From the NCBI GenBank assembly GCA_964364885.1, contig CAYIOA010000002.1:1-54786 (forward strand): a stretch of DNA of 54,786 nt, in the 5' to 3' direction. The position numbers and the translations under genes are program-made. Source of the DNA: Candidatus Woesearchaeota archaeon (GTDB taxonomy: Archaea; Nanobdellota; Nanobdellia; Pacearchaeales; GW2011-AR1). Below are positions 8,633 to 18,039 of the stretch, piece after piece. How positions within the stretch are numbered: position 1 is the first letter of the stretch; every line of letters starts with the position of its first letter. The notes below the pieces were generated by a model, which saw only the letters and a list, made by a program, of their open reading frames with translations, was not told where the DNA came from and ran no database searches.

Positions 8633-10706
8633 AAAATTAAAAATAAAGAATATAAGATCTTACAAAGATCAGGAGATATGTTTTCCAGAGGGATCTCTAT
8701 TGTTATCAGGAGACATTGGTTCTGGGAAAACCTCTGTTCTGATCGCTCTGGAATATTCCCTTTTTGGTTTGCAGCCGGGCCAAAAGGGTTCTTCCTTATT
8801 AAGAAACAAGGAAGACATAGGAGAAGTAGTCCTGGAAATGGAAGCAGGGGGAAAAGAGGTAGTAATAGAAAGAAAACTAAAAAGATCTTCAAAAGGGGTA
8901 GCTAATGACTATGCCTCTATAACAATAGACAACAATAAAAAAGAATCTTCGCTGACAGAAGTGAAATCAATAATAGTAAACCTTCTGGGTTATCCTCAGG
9001 AATTTGTCAAAAAAAACAACATTCTCTACAGGTATACAGTTTACAGTCAGCAGGAGCAGATAAAACAGATAATTCTAGAGGACACAGAAACAAGACTGAA
9101 TATTCTTAGGCACATTTTCGGAATTGAAAAATATAAGAGGATAAGAGAAAACGTATCAATCTTGCTGACTAATCTTAAAACAGAGCTAAAAATCATGCAA
9201 GCAAGAATAAAAACAATAGAGGAGGACAAGGAGAATCTGAAATCAAAAAGAGCAAGTCTGATATTGCTAGAGGAAAAAACAAAAGAAAAAGAATCCGAGC
9301 TGCAGGAAAAAACAAAAAAATCCCAATATTCTGAATTTGAATTAAAAGATTTAGAAAGAAAATTAGAAGAGAAAAAGAATTTAGAAAGAGAAATAGAAAA
9401 AGCAAAGATTCTAGTTTCAGCAAAAAAAGATGCTCTTTACTCAGTATCAAAACAAATAATTGAGTTAGAAAAGACAATACTGGATGAAAAAGACCAGTTT
9501 AAGGAAGAAGAATACTCCGAATTATCCAATAAGCTCAATCTTCGCAAAAAAAAATTAGAAGAATCCGCCTCTTCTTACATGGAGTTAAACAGCAGGATAA
9601 ACTCTCTTGAAAAAGAAAGAAACGAAACATTAGAAAAAAAAGAGCGCATTTTCAGTATAGATATATGCCCTACTTGTCTTCAGGACGTTTCAGAAACTTA
9701 CAAGCACAATATATTAAATGAATCAGAGTCAAAGCTCTCAAGGACAAAAGAGGAGCTGTCAAGTCTCGGAGTAAATATATTAGAAATAAAAAACCAAACA
9801 GAGCAAATTAAAAAAGAAATCAGTTATTTGGAAAACAACAGGATAAAATTAGAGATTCTAAAATCCAGAATTGAATTTCTTGAAAAATCAAAGATTAAGT
9901 TGCAAACTTTCATCAGCGAGAGGGAAGAATTAGAAAAAGACATAATTTTTCTTCAGAAGCATTCTAGTGACTTAAAGGAGAGTGTTCTGAAATATTCCCT
10001 TACAGAAACTCTCTTTAATAAAAAGCTGTCAGAGGTTAAACAAGCTCTATTAGACGAGAAAAACCTGGAGATTTCTTTAGCCGGATATAGAAAAGAGATT
10101 GAATTATCTATCAAGGATATCAATGCCCTTGAAGATTCAATAAATAAAAAAGAAGAGATAAAAAACAAGCTTAATGAAATAAACGAAATAATAGAATGGT
10201 TCTCTTCTCTGTTTATGAATCTAATTGAGTTTACAGAGCGAAACATACTCTTAAAACTAAGAAATGAATTTTCAAATCTCTTTAGAAAATGGTTTCTCCT
10301 CCTGGTTCCTGAAAATGCGTTTGATTCTAGAATAGACGAGAACTTTACTCCGATAATCATACAGGGGGGGGCAGAAATAGACTATGACTTTCTTTCAGGT
10401 GGAGAAAGAACAGCAGTCGCACTTGCCTATAGACTGGCATTAAATCAGATAATTAATTCTATTTTAAGCAAAATAGAAACAAAAGGGGTAATAATTCTTG
10501 ATGAGCCGACAGACGGATTTTCAGAGACACAGATAATGAAGATAAGGGATATTCTAGAAGAATTAAACGTAGAGCAGTTAATAATGGTCAGTCACGAGCA
10601 GAAAATAGAAAGTTTTGTTGACCATGTTATCAGAATAACCAAAGAAGAAGATACATCTATAGTCGAGGGGGCTCACCAGGTTTATTTAGCTGTCAAAGCA
10701 AGCTAA
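8622..10706 (+). CDS. rad50: DNA double-strand break repair ATPase Rad50 (compact, 694 aa)
   Basis: Walker A GDIGSGKTS. Long K/E coiled coil with a CPTC zinc hook. Signature LSGGERTAVALA. Walker B IILDEPTDG. Overlaps mre11 by 11 nt. Confidence 0.9.
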   Translation: MRFKKLKIKNIRSYKDQEICFPEGSLLLSGDIGSGKTSVLIALEYSLFGLQPGQKGSSLLRNKEDIGEVVLEMEAGGKEVVIERKLKRSSKGVANDYASITIDNNKKESSLTEVKSIIVNLLGYPQEFVKKNNILYRYTVYSQQEQIKQIILEDTETRLNILRHIFGIEKYKRIRENVSILLTNLKTELKIMQARIKTIEEDKENLKSKRASLILLEEKTKEKESELQEKTKKSQYSEFELKDLERKLEEKKNLEREIEKAKILVSAKKDALYSVSKQIIELEKTILDEKDQFKEEEYSELSNKLNLRKKKLEESASSYMELNSRINSLEKERNETLEKKERIFSIDICPTCLQDVSETYKHNILNESESKLSRTKEELSSLGVNILEIKNQTEQIKKEISYLENNRIKLEILKSRIEFLEKSKIKLQTFISEREELEKDIIFLQKHSSDLKESVLKYSLTETLFNKKLSEVKQALLDEKNLEISLAGYRKEIELSIKDINALEDSINKKEEIKNKLNEINEIIEWFSSLFMNLIEFTERNILLKLRNEFSNLFRKWFLLLVPENAFDSRIDENFTPIIIQGGAEIDYDFLSGGERTAVALAYRLALNQIINSILSKIETKGVIILDEPTDGFSETQIMKIRDILEELNVEQLIMVSHEQKIESFVDHVIRITKEEDTSIVEGAHQVYLAVKAS

Positions 10707-10765
10707 AAAAACAAAAAGCTTAAATACTAAATAATATCTTCCTTTAAACAACAGTTCTTATTAAC

Positions 10766-11428
10766 ATGAACCTGACAAGCGAAGAAATTTCTAAGAATGT
10801 ATTGAAATCTGGTACAAGCATAGTCGGAATTGTCTGCAAAGATGGACTTGTTCTCGGGGCTGATAGAAGAGCTACTGCAGGCAATCTTATAATGTCAAAA
10901 AATACGCGGAAGGCAGTCCAGGTTAATGATTTTATAGCTGTAGCAGGAACAGGAGTAGCTTCAGATATAGAGTTAAGCCAAAAAATTCTTGCAGCAGAAT
11001 TAAAACTAAAGGAATTAAAAACACGTTCTCAGCCGACAGTTAAGGAAGCTGCAAATTTGTTTGGCCTTATGACTTATAGGAATATAAGAACTCCTTCAAT
11101 GATACCAAATATAGTTGGTACATTGCTTGCAGGCTACAATGAGGACGGCTCAACAGAAATGTATACAATAGAGCCAGCTGGCGGGATTTACCAAGTAGAA
11201 GATTATGATGCGAATTTCAGCTCTGGAATGCCCTTTATTTTAGGATTACTAGAAAGACAATATAAAAAAGGAATTACACTAAAAGAGGGAGTAGAGCTTG
11301 CAAAAGAATGTTTGAAATCTTCAACACAAAGAGATGTTGGTTCAGGAAATGGAATAGACGTCTTAACAATAACTCCTGAAGGCATAAAACACGTAGTTTC
11401 TGAGGAGATTGTACCTCATTTTAAATAA
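10766..11428 (+). CDS. psmB: proteasome subunit beta
   Basis: Propeptide followed by G|TSIVGIVCKDGLVLGADRRAT, with an Ntn-hydrolase Thr1. Confidence 0.92.
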   Translation: MNLTSEEISKNVLKSGTSIVGIVCKDGLVLGADRRATAGNLIMSKNTRKAVQVNDFIAVAGTGVASDIELSQKILAAELKLKELKTRSQPTVKEAANLFGLMTYRNIRTPSMIPNIVGTLLAGYNEDGSTEMYTIEPAGGIYQVEDYDANFSSGMPFILGLLERQYKKGITLKEGVELAKECLKSSTQRDVGSGNGIDVLTITPEGIKHVVSEEIVPHFK

Positions 11429-11449
11429 AAAGAAAACTCGCTTATAATA

Positions 11450-13345
11450 ATGGCAGACATCTTAAAAACAATTAAAGAAGAATTACCCCCAAAAGTTGTA
11501 ACAGAAGCAGTATTTGAGGGAGCAAACATAGTTCTATATACCGAAGACAAAGATTTTTTCAAAAATGGCGAGGAGCAGATAAAAAAGGCAGTTTCAAAAA
11601 TAAAAAAAAGAATAGAATTAAGAGCTGACAGAACAATTCTTGCATCAGAAGAGGATACAGAAAAAACAATTAGAGCCCTTGTTCCTCCAGAAGCAGAAAT
11701 AACAAATACAATTTTCGATGTTCAAAGAAGCATTGTGATTATAGAGGCAAAAAAACCAGGGCTGGTAATCGGAAAACAGGGGGCGATTCTTTCAGATGTA
11801 AAAAAATCAACTTTTTGGTTGCCATTTGTGCAAAGAAGCCCGGCAATACCCTCAAAAATAACAGAAAAAATTCGCTCGGTTTTATATGCAAACAACAATT
11901 ATCGAAGAAAATTTTTAAATGACATAGGAAAAAAAATTTACAATGATTGGAACCCTGAAAAGAAAGATATGTGGGTAAGGATTACATTTCTCGGAAGCGG
12001 CAGGCAAGTCGGTCGTTCGTGTCTGCTTTTACATACACCAAATTCAAAAGTTTTATTGGACTGCGGAATAGATCCTGCAATTTCAGAAGGCCCTGAAAAA
12101 TTTCCCTATCTTGATGTCTCAGAAATAGGAGATATAAACACAATAGACGCAATAGTACTTTCACACGCTCATTTAGATCATTCAGGATTAATCCCGTATT
12201 TATACAAGATGGGCTATCGCGGGCCAGTCTACTTAACAGCTCCAACTCGCGACATATCTGCTTTACTTCAGCTTGATTTGATTGGCGTTGCTTACAAAAA
12301 AGCAGAGTTTCCTCTCTATAAGGCAGAGGACATAAAAGAAATGGTTCGGCATTCTATATGCCTTGAATACAACGAAGTTACAGACATAACTCCAGACATA
12401 AGAATAACTTTCTATAACGCAGGTCATGTCCTTGGCTCAGCCCAAGTGCATATCAACATTGGAAATGGTCTGCACAATTTTGTTTATAGTGCAGACACAA
12501 AATATGCAAAAAGCCGTCTTTTAGATATGGCTGCAAACCGTTTTCCAAGAGTAGAAACTCTTCAATTAGAATCAACCTACGGAGCAAAACAAGATATTCT
12601 GCCACCAAGGCAAGAAACAGAATCGAGATTTATAGAAATGGTGAAAGAAACAATCGAGAAAAAAGGAAAGATTCTACTTCCAGAACTAGGCTTGGGACAT
12701 GCCCAGGAAACAATGCTGAGAGTAGAAGAAGCAATTAGAACCGGAGAGTTGCCCCAGATTCCTGTATACATAGATGGTATGATATGGGATATAAACGCAA
12801 TCCATACAGCTTATCCAGATTTTCTAAGTTCAAGTGTCAGAAGCCAGATTTTCCAGGACAATAATCCTTTTCTTTCAGATATATTCAAAAGAATTGGCAG
12901 TTCAGCAGAAAGAAAAAATGTTTTAGAGGGAGGAACGTGCATTATTATTGCAACATCTGGAATGCTTGTTGGCGGGGCATCAGTAGAATATTTCAGAAAT
13001 TTCGCAGACAATCCAAAAAATTTGATTGCCTTCGCGTGCTACCAGCCTATTGGCTCATTAGGCCGCCAGATAAAAGATGGCGATAAAGAAGTAACATTAG
13101 GCAAAGATTATGGCCATGAAAGAGTAAAAGTAAATCTTAGAGTTGAAACATTATACGGTCTATCCGCGCACTCTGGAAGAAACGAACTCATGCAATATGT
13201 GAGCAGGATGATTCCAAGACCAAAAAAAATAATACTGAATCACGGCGAAGCGTCAAAATGTCTGGATTTAGCTTCTTCAATTTACCGCGCGAACAAAATA
13301 GAGACAATCGCTCCAAGAAATTTAGAAACAATACGGCTAAAATAA
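11450..13345 (+). CDS. beta-CASP ribonuclease aCPSF1 (KH + metallo-beta-lactamase + beta-CASP)
   Basis: 631 aa. N-terminal KH region (GLVIGKQGA). HAHLDHSG motif. C-terminal beta-CASP/RMMBL segment. Confidence 0.9.
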   Translation: MADILKTIKEELPPKVVTEAVFEGANIVLYTEDKDFFKNGEEQIKKAVSKIKKRIELRADRTILASEEDTEKTIRALVPPEAEITNTIFDVQRSIVIIEAKKPGLVIGKQGAILSDVKKSTFWLPFVQRSPAIPSKITEKIRSVLYANNNYRRKFLNDIGKKIYNDWNPEKKDMWVRITFLGSGRQVGRSCLLLHTPNSKVLLDCGIDPAISEGPEKFPYLDVSEIGDINTIDAIVLSHAHLDHSGLIPYLYKMGYRGPVYLTAPTRDISALLQLDLIGVAYKKAEFPLYKAEDIKEMVRHSICLEYNEVTDITPDIRITFYNAGHVLGSAQVHINIGNGLHNFVYSADTKYAKSRLLDMAANRFPRVETLQLESTYGAKQDILPPRQETESRFIEMVKETIEKKGKILLPELGLGHAQETMLRVEEAIRTGELPQIPVYIDGMIWDINAIHTAYPDFLSSSVRSQIFQDNNPFLSDIFKRIGSSAERKNVLEGGTCIIIATSGMLVGGASVEYFRNFADNPKNLIAFACYQPIGSLGRQIKDGDKEVTLGKDYGHERVKVNLRVETLYGLSAHSGRNELMQYVSRMIPRPKKIILNHGEASKCLDLASSIYRANKIETIAPRNLETIRLK

Positions 13346-13382
13346 TCAAAACAATTAAAAACGCCCTGCTCCAGATAAGACA

Positions 13383-14339
13383 ATGAAACATTCTATTAAA
13401 ATAACACTTATTCTCTTGCTAATGTTTTTTCTAGCCCAGCTTATAGGATTGTTCATAACAAGCCAGTATTCTCCTCAGGTTAAACAAATCACAGACTCAG
13501 CAGGAAATTTAGTAAATATAACTTCTTACAATCTTCCTTACGGCATGGACCCTCCTCCAGATATAAAACAAAAGAGTGCAGCCAGCATGGTTTTCTCATT
13601 TATTCTAGCTTTCTCATTCGCAATTATCATAATGTTTATTCTAATGAAGTATAATGCAGAAACTTTATTTAGAGTATGGTTCTTTTTTGTCGTCGCTCTG
13701 GCAATTGGAATAACATTAAACGCTCCCTTCTCTGGCAAGCCTTTCGCTTCATTAATAGCTCTCCTAATTTCTTTGCCTCTCTCTTACATAAAAATTTTTA
13801 AAAGAAACATAATAGTCCACAATCTGACAGAATTGTTAATCTACCCGGGCATTGGAGCAATATTCATCGCTTTAATTTTTTCATGGACAACGCATCCTCT
13901 AACAGCAATAATAATGTTATTAATAATAATCTCAATTTATGACATCTATGCTGTTTGGCATTCTGGAATAATGCAAAAAATGGCGAAATATCAGATAAAC
14001 AAACTCAGAATATTCTCAGGATTTTTTGTTCCTTATCTAGGAAAAAAAGAAAGGGAGATTATATCAAAACTATCAAAATCAAAAACCCAGAAACTCAAGG
14101 GCAAAAAAGTTAAAGTAAGTATTGCAATTCTTGGAGGAGGAGATGTTGTTTTTCCAATAATCCTGGCCGGAATAGTGTTCAGACAACTTGGAATATTGCC
14201 AGCCTTAATAATTTCCATTGGCGCAACACTTGCTCTTGCAGTCCTTTTCTTCTTCTCAAAAAAAGGGAAGTTTTACCCAGCAATGCCCTTTATCACTGCA
14301 GGATGTTTTATTGCTTTGGCTCTAGCAAATTTAATTTAA
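13383..14339 (+). CDS. presenilin/signal-peptide-peptidase homologue (GxGD intramembrane aspartyl protease)
   Basis: Polytopic protein with YD (IISIYDIYAVW), GxGD (ILGGGDVVFP) and PAL (GILPALIIS) motifs in the expected order. Confidence 0.75.
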   Translation: MKHSIKITLILLLMFFLAQLIGLFITSQYSPQVKQITDSAGNLVNITSYNLPYGMDPPPDIKQKSAASMVFSFILAFSFAIIIMFILMKYNAETLFRVWFFFVVALAIGITLNAPFSGKPFASLIALLISLPLSYIKIFKRNIIVHNLTELLIYPGIGAIFIALIFSWTTHPLTAIIMLLIIISIYDIYAVWHSGIMQKMAKYQINKLRIFSGFFVPYLGKKEREIISKLSKSKTQKLKGKKVKVSIAILGGGDVVFPIILAGIVFRQLGILPALIISIGATLALAVLFFFSKKGKFYPAMPFITAGCFIALALANLI

Positions 14340-14433
14340 ATCCTCTCCGTCATTAATTCTTAAGTAATATGTTGTAACTTAATAATAATCACAAATAGAA
14401 AGCTTTATATACTCTATTTTATGTTGCCCCTAT

Positions 14434-15219
14434 ATGATAATAAAACAAGAACTCGTAAAGAGAATAAAGGAATACTTTAATCTAAATATTTACGAAACTA
14501 AAGTTTGGATAGCTCTGCTTTCAAAAGGCATTGCTTCAGCAGGCGAAGTAGCAGAACTTTCAGGCGTTCCAAGGTCTAGAACCTACGACGTTCTAGAATC
14601 ATTAGAAAAACGCGGATTCTCGATTGTTAAGATAGGAAAGCCTGTAAAGTACATAGCAGTTAAGCCAACAGAAGTGCTGGAGAAAATAAAGTCAAACACT
14701 CTTCAAGAGGCGCAGGACAGAGTAAAAAACCTTTCAAATATAAAAGAAAGTGTAGAGTATATAGAGCTAGAGAAGCTCCATACAACCGGAATCTCCCCAA
14801 TCAAACCTCATGAAATAGCTGGCTCGCTAAAAGGTCGCTCGAATATCATATCAAAGTTGCGCGAGATGATAGAAAACGCAAAGAGAGAAGTTTTTATTGC
14901 AACCTCTACCGTTGACTTTGAGGATAAAAGCAGAGTATTAGTGCCTGCTTTAGACACTGCTGTAAAAAATAATGTAAAAATAAAGATAGCTCTTTCAGGC
15001 TCCCCAGAAAAGCTAAAGAAATCTTCTCTAAAATCAGAATTAAAAATAAGTGCCATAGACTCTAACGCTCGCTTGTATATCGCTGATAAGTCAGAAGTAT
15101 TGTTTATGATAACCCCTGAGAATTCAGAAGAAGAAATAGGAGTCTGGCTTAACTCTCAGTTTTTTGCAGAATCACTTCGCGGAATAATTGAAAATTCAAT
15201 AAGAAATAAGAAGCAATAG
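14434..15219 (+). CDS. TrmB-family transcriptional regulator
   Basis: N-terminal wHTH YETKVWIALLSKGIASAGEVAELSGVPRSRTYDVLESLEKRGF, plus a TrmB-type C-terminal domain. Confidence 0.8.
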   Translation: MIIKQELVKRIKEYFNLNIYETKVWIALLSKGIASAGEVAELSGVPRSRTYDVLESLEKRGFSIVKIGKPVKYIAVKPTEVLEKIKSNTLQEAQDRVKNLSNIKESVEYIELEKLHTTGISPIKPHEIAGSLKGRSNIISKLREMIENAKREVFIATSTVDFEDKSRVLVPALDTAVKNNVKIKIALSGSPEKLKKSSLKSELKISAIDSNARLYIADKSEVLFMITPENSEEEIGVWLNSQFFAESLRGIIENSIRNKKQ

Positions 15220-15235
15220 CCAGTAAGATACAGAT

Positions 15236-16510
15236 CTAAGTCTTCACAGTGAGGTTTGTTATGCTCATTTCATTAATCTTCTTTTTTTCCTCTCTGCTGA
15301 ACTTTTCCAGAAATTCCCGGGTGCTAAAATCCACCCTGACTTTAGCATGTAATATACCATTTTTCTCGAAAACATTTTTATTTTTCTTCCTAAATTCAGA
15401 CGCGCCTTTTTTCATTTCTTTTGGAGGGCCGATCCTAATAATCTCTCTTTTGGATTTGGCAACAATATAAAAATCAGCCTTTCGGCCTAGAGAATAAGAG
15501 AACTCCTTGCTCAAAACTTCAAAATATTTAGAAATCTCCCGCTCTAAGAACTGCGCAAATTTCTTCAGTTTTGTCCCGGCAATATCTCCTTCCTGCCTGT
15601 TTGTTTCCAGAATAACATGAACAAATTCAGCTTTCTTGCTCTTGGCAAACTCAAGAATTTTTTTCTCGTCTATACTCTCAAATTCAAAAAATTTCCCAGA
15701 AGGATTTTTCAGGAATCTTTTGCAATCGCTCTGAAACTTCATAAAACTCTCCCAATTAAGAGCTGCAAGAACGTTGCGCTCTTTCCACGTGGGATCAACT
15801 AGAATTATAGGCCCATTTAACTTGCTTTCGTTCATCTCATAAAAAACATTCTCCTTTTTTTTGTAATGTTTTGCAGGATCTATAACAATTCTTTCTTTTA
15901 TTTTGACAAGCTCGCGAATCATTTTCTCAAACGACTTATAATAAATAATCAGGCATTCCAGGCCATATCCTGAAAATCCATTTATATAGGATTCAGCTCC
16001 ATAAACTCTCCGGGCCTTGCAGAACTTCTTTGCAAGATTGATTTCTCTTGCAATGTTCTTGTTAAGATTTCTTTTAACATAATTAACATGAAAATAACTA
16101 AGATCAGTAACATTTCTTGCTTCCCTGACTTTCTTAATTCGAACAACAGGAATTATCTCAAAGCTAATTCTATCTCCAGCATCAAATCTAAAATAATCTC
16201 TGCTTCCATGCATCCTAAAAATAGATATCTTCATACTTTTTCCAACATCTCTTAAGAGTCCCTCCAGAATATCCGACAAAGACTCATACTTCCAGCCGAA
16301 TCTGACAAAAATATCAATATCATACTCTTGATTCTTTGTTATAGTCCCCTTAGCAAAACTTCCTCCTACAAAGACATCTGCATCAATACCATTTCTAGAA
16401 ATAGACTTCTTAATCATCTCCACAAAATAATTGGCTCTTTTTCTAATTTCTGAAATCTCTTTTTTTTCAAGGCCAAAATCCAACTTTTTCAAAAACAATT
16501 TAATCTTCAT
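15236..16510 (-). CDS. cca: CCA-adding enzyme (archaeal class I tRNA nucleotidyltransferase)
   Basis: VGGSFAKGT...YDIDIFV nucleotidyltransferase motif. 424 aa. Consistent with the tRNA gene lacking an encoded CCA. Confidence 0.85.
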   Translation of the reverse strand: MKIKLFLKKLDFGLEKKEISEIRKRANYFVEMIKKSISRNGIDADVFVGGSFAKGTITKNQEYDIDIFVRFGWKYESLSDILEGLLRDVGKSMKISIFRMHGSRDYFRFDAGDRISFEIIPVVRIKKVREARNVTDLSYFHVNYVKRNLNKNIAREINLAKKFCKARRVYGAESYINGFSGYGLECLIIYYKSFEKMIRELVKIKERIVIDPAKHYKKKENVFYEMNESKLNGPIILVDPTWKERNVLAALNWESFMKFQSDCKRFLKNPSGKFFEFESIDEKKILEFAKSKKAEFVHVILETNRQEGDIAGTKLKKFAQFLEREISKYFEVLSKEFSYSLGRKADFYIVAKSKREIIRIGPPKEMKKGASEFRKKNKNVFEKNGILHAKVRVDFSTREFLEKFSREEKKKINEMSITNLTVKT

Positions 16511-16525
16511 GATTATACCAATAAT

Positions 16526-16566
16526 CTCTTATTTTTAATTATTCTCTTATTTTTAATTATTCTCTT
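16526..16566. repeat. 18-nt tandem duplication (2.3 copies) CTCTTATTTTTAATTATT
   Basis: Identical units at 16526-16543 and 16544-16561, with a partial third copy at 16562-16566. It spans the stop codon of the Zn-ribbon gene and the TATA region upstream of cca. Confidence 0.85.
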
Positions 16567-16937
16567 CTTAGTTTTGAAGAAAGATCAACTATGTATTTTC
16601 CATCTTCCAGCTTATATACTCTTGGTTTATTAATGGCAAATAAATTTCCCAAGTCTAAAAGGTATTTTCCAGGCTTAATAATCTTTACACTCTCAAAGTC
16701 CAAAAAAACAGGAGTTTCCTCATCTTCAATGCCAGAAATATCTCTCACATCTTTTTCAATCTGTTTTTTTTCAGAAGAGCTCAGCTCCAGGTCCTCCTCT
16801 TTATACTCTTTAATTTTTTCTACTTGCTCTGGTTTAATGTAGAAGAAAAACTTGCCTCTGCAGCCGTCACATCCAGACAAAACCTGACTAGAGCCATCTT
16901 CATATACTTCCGAGCAATGAACACATTTGTAGGGCAT
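16557..16937 (-). CDS. Zn-ribbon protein (DUF2072/COG3364-like)
   Basis: N-terminal CVHC-x14-CDGC ribbon followed by an acidic linker. Sits in the position seen for the Zn-ribbon partner of DUF2073 and the GTPase in archaea (family assignment from memory). Confidence 0.55.
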   Translation of the reverse strand: MPYKCVHCSEVYEDGSSQVLSGCDGCRGKFFFYIKPEQVEKIKEYKEEDLELSSSEKKQIEKDVRDISGIEDEETPVFLDFESVKIIKPGKYLLDLGNLFAINKPRVYKLEDGKYIVDLSSKLRRE

Positions 16938-16993
16938 ATCTTAAAAAACAATATCTTATTAATAAACATTTAGATGTTCTAAATAAAAAACCT

Positions 16994-17377
16994 CTAATTC
17001 AGCCATAACTCTAGTTTTCTCGGGTCTCTTTTAATCTCTTTTATCACTGAAGCAGGTCCAATAACACTCAAACAGCTGTTATCACCAACAAGTCTTTTTG
17101 CCAGGCCATGTTTCATTTTAATCAGGATATTCTTCCCTTTAATATTCGGTTCAATAACTGCAAGCTCAATTCCCTTAAAGCTTTTGATATGGTCAACAAG
17201 AGCCATAGTATCCTCTATAAGCCTAGCTTCCTCTTCAGGCCTTAATCTGCCGTGCAATATCACTATTTTATTGCCTAAAACAAGGTTCAATATTTTTTTT
17301 ACACGCTCCCCTATAGAAAGTTTTTGCACCTCTGAAAACGGAATTACATGCAAGCTAAGACCCCTTATTCTTTTCAT
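16994..17377 (-). CDS. DUF2073-like protein
   Basis: 127 aa. The KIVILHGRLRPEEEARLIEDTMALV segment resembles the archaeal DUF2073 core. Lies between the GTPase and the Zn-ribbon gene. Confidence 0.5.
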   Translation of the reverse strand: MKRIRGLSLHVIPFSEVQKLSIGERVKKILNLVLGNKIVILHGRLRPEEEARLIEDTMALVDHIKSFKGIELAVIEPNIKGKNILIKMKHGLAKRLVGDNSCLSVIGPASVIKEIKRDPRKLELWLN

Positions 17378-17395
17378 CTCTTTTACCTCTTATCT

Positions 17396-18034
17396 TTATA
17401 CCTCTTTTGACAATTTAAATAAAGACCCGTAAAATTCCTCAATATTCGTCCCGTCTCTAGCTGAAATTCCAACAACTTTGTATTCCGGAAAAGCACTTTC
17501 AATTTTTTTTATGTCTGCTTTTTTAAGATCAATCTTGTTCGCAGCAATTAAAACAGGAATCTTTCTAGCGATAAGATTCCCTATTATTGTTATATTCACC
17601 TGAGAATAGGGATTCTGCGTTGAGTCTAGAACAACAATAACTGCGTCCATATCATCTAGCCACTTTATAGATTCTATAATCCCCTGCGTAGCCTCCTTGG
17701 CTCTCTTTTTCGCATCGCTTTTTTTCATTCCATATTTTAAGAAATCTTCATAATCTATCTTAGTAGCTATCCCCGGCGTATCAACTATCTTAAACATTAA
17801 ATTTTTGCCCTTGTTTTTTATTTTAACTTGCTCTTTAATCTGGACATTCCTTGTTTCATGCGGCACATTGCTGACTTTTCCCATTTCTTCGCCCACCCAA
17901 TCTTTGCATATCCTATTTGCCAGACTAGTCTTTCCAGAATTGGGGGGCCCATAAAACCCTATTTTTATATTATCTTTTCTTCTAAAAAAATTACCGATTA
18001 TTCTCTTCGAAATCTTTTTTATAATCTCCAGCAT
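17396..18034 (-). CDS. small GTP-binding protein
   Basis: G1 GPPNSGKTS, G3 DTPG, G4 NKID. 212 aa. Confidence 0.85.
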   Translation of the reverse strand: MLEIIKKISKRIIGNFFRRKDNIKIGFYGPPNSGKTSLANRICKDWVGEEMGKVSNVPHETRNVQIKEQVKIKNKGKNLMFKIVDTPGIATKIDYEDFLKYGMKKSDAKKRAKEATQGIIESIKWLDDMDAVIVVLDSTQNPYSQVNITIIGNLIARKIPVLIAANKIDLKKADIKKIESAFPEYKVVGISARDGTNIEEFYGSLFKLSKEV

Positions 18035-18039
18035 CTGAA

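Noticed and set aside
9190-9700. Purine-rich, A/G-biased repetitive-looking DNA inside rad50
   Set aside because: It encodes the K/E-rich coiled coil of Rad50. There is no exact nucleotide repeat unit, so it is compositional rather than a repeat element or CRISPR.
13383-14339. Considered as the missing prepilin peptidase for the pilus loci
   Set aside because: The YD, GxGD and PAL motifs and the topology match presenilin/SPP (A22), not PibD/FlaK (A24). There is no sequence evidence that it processes class III signals.
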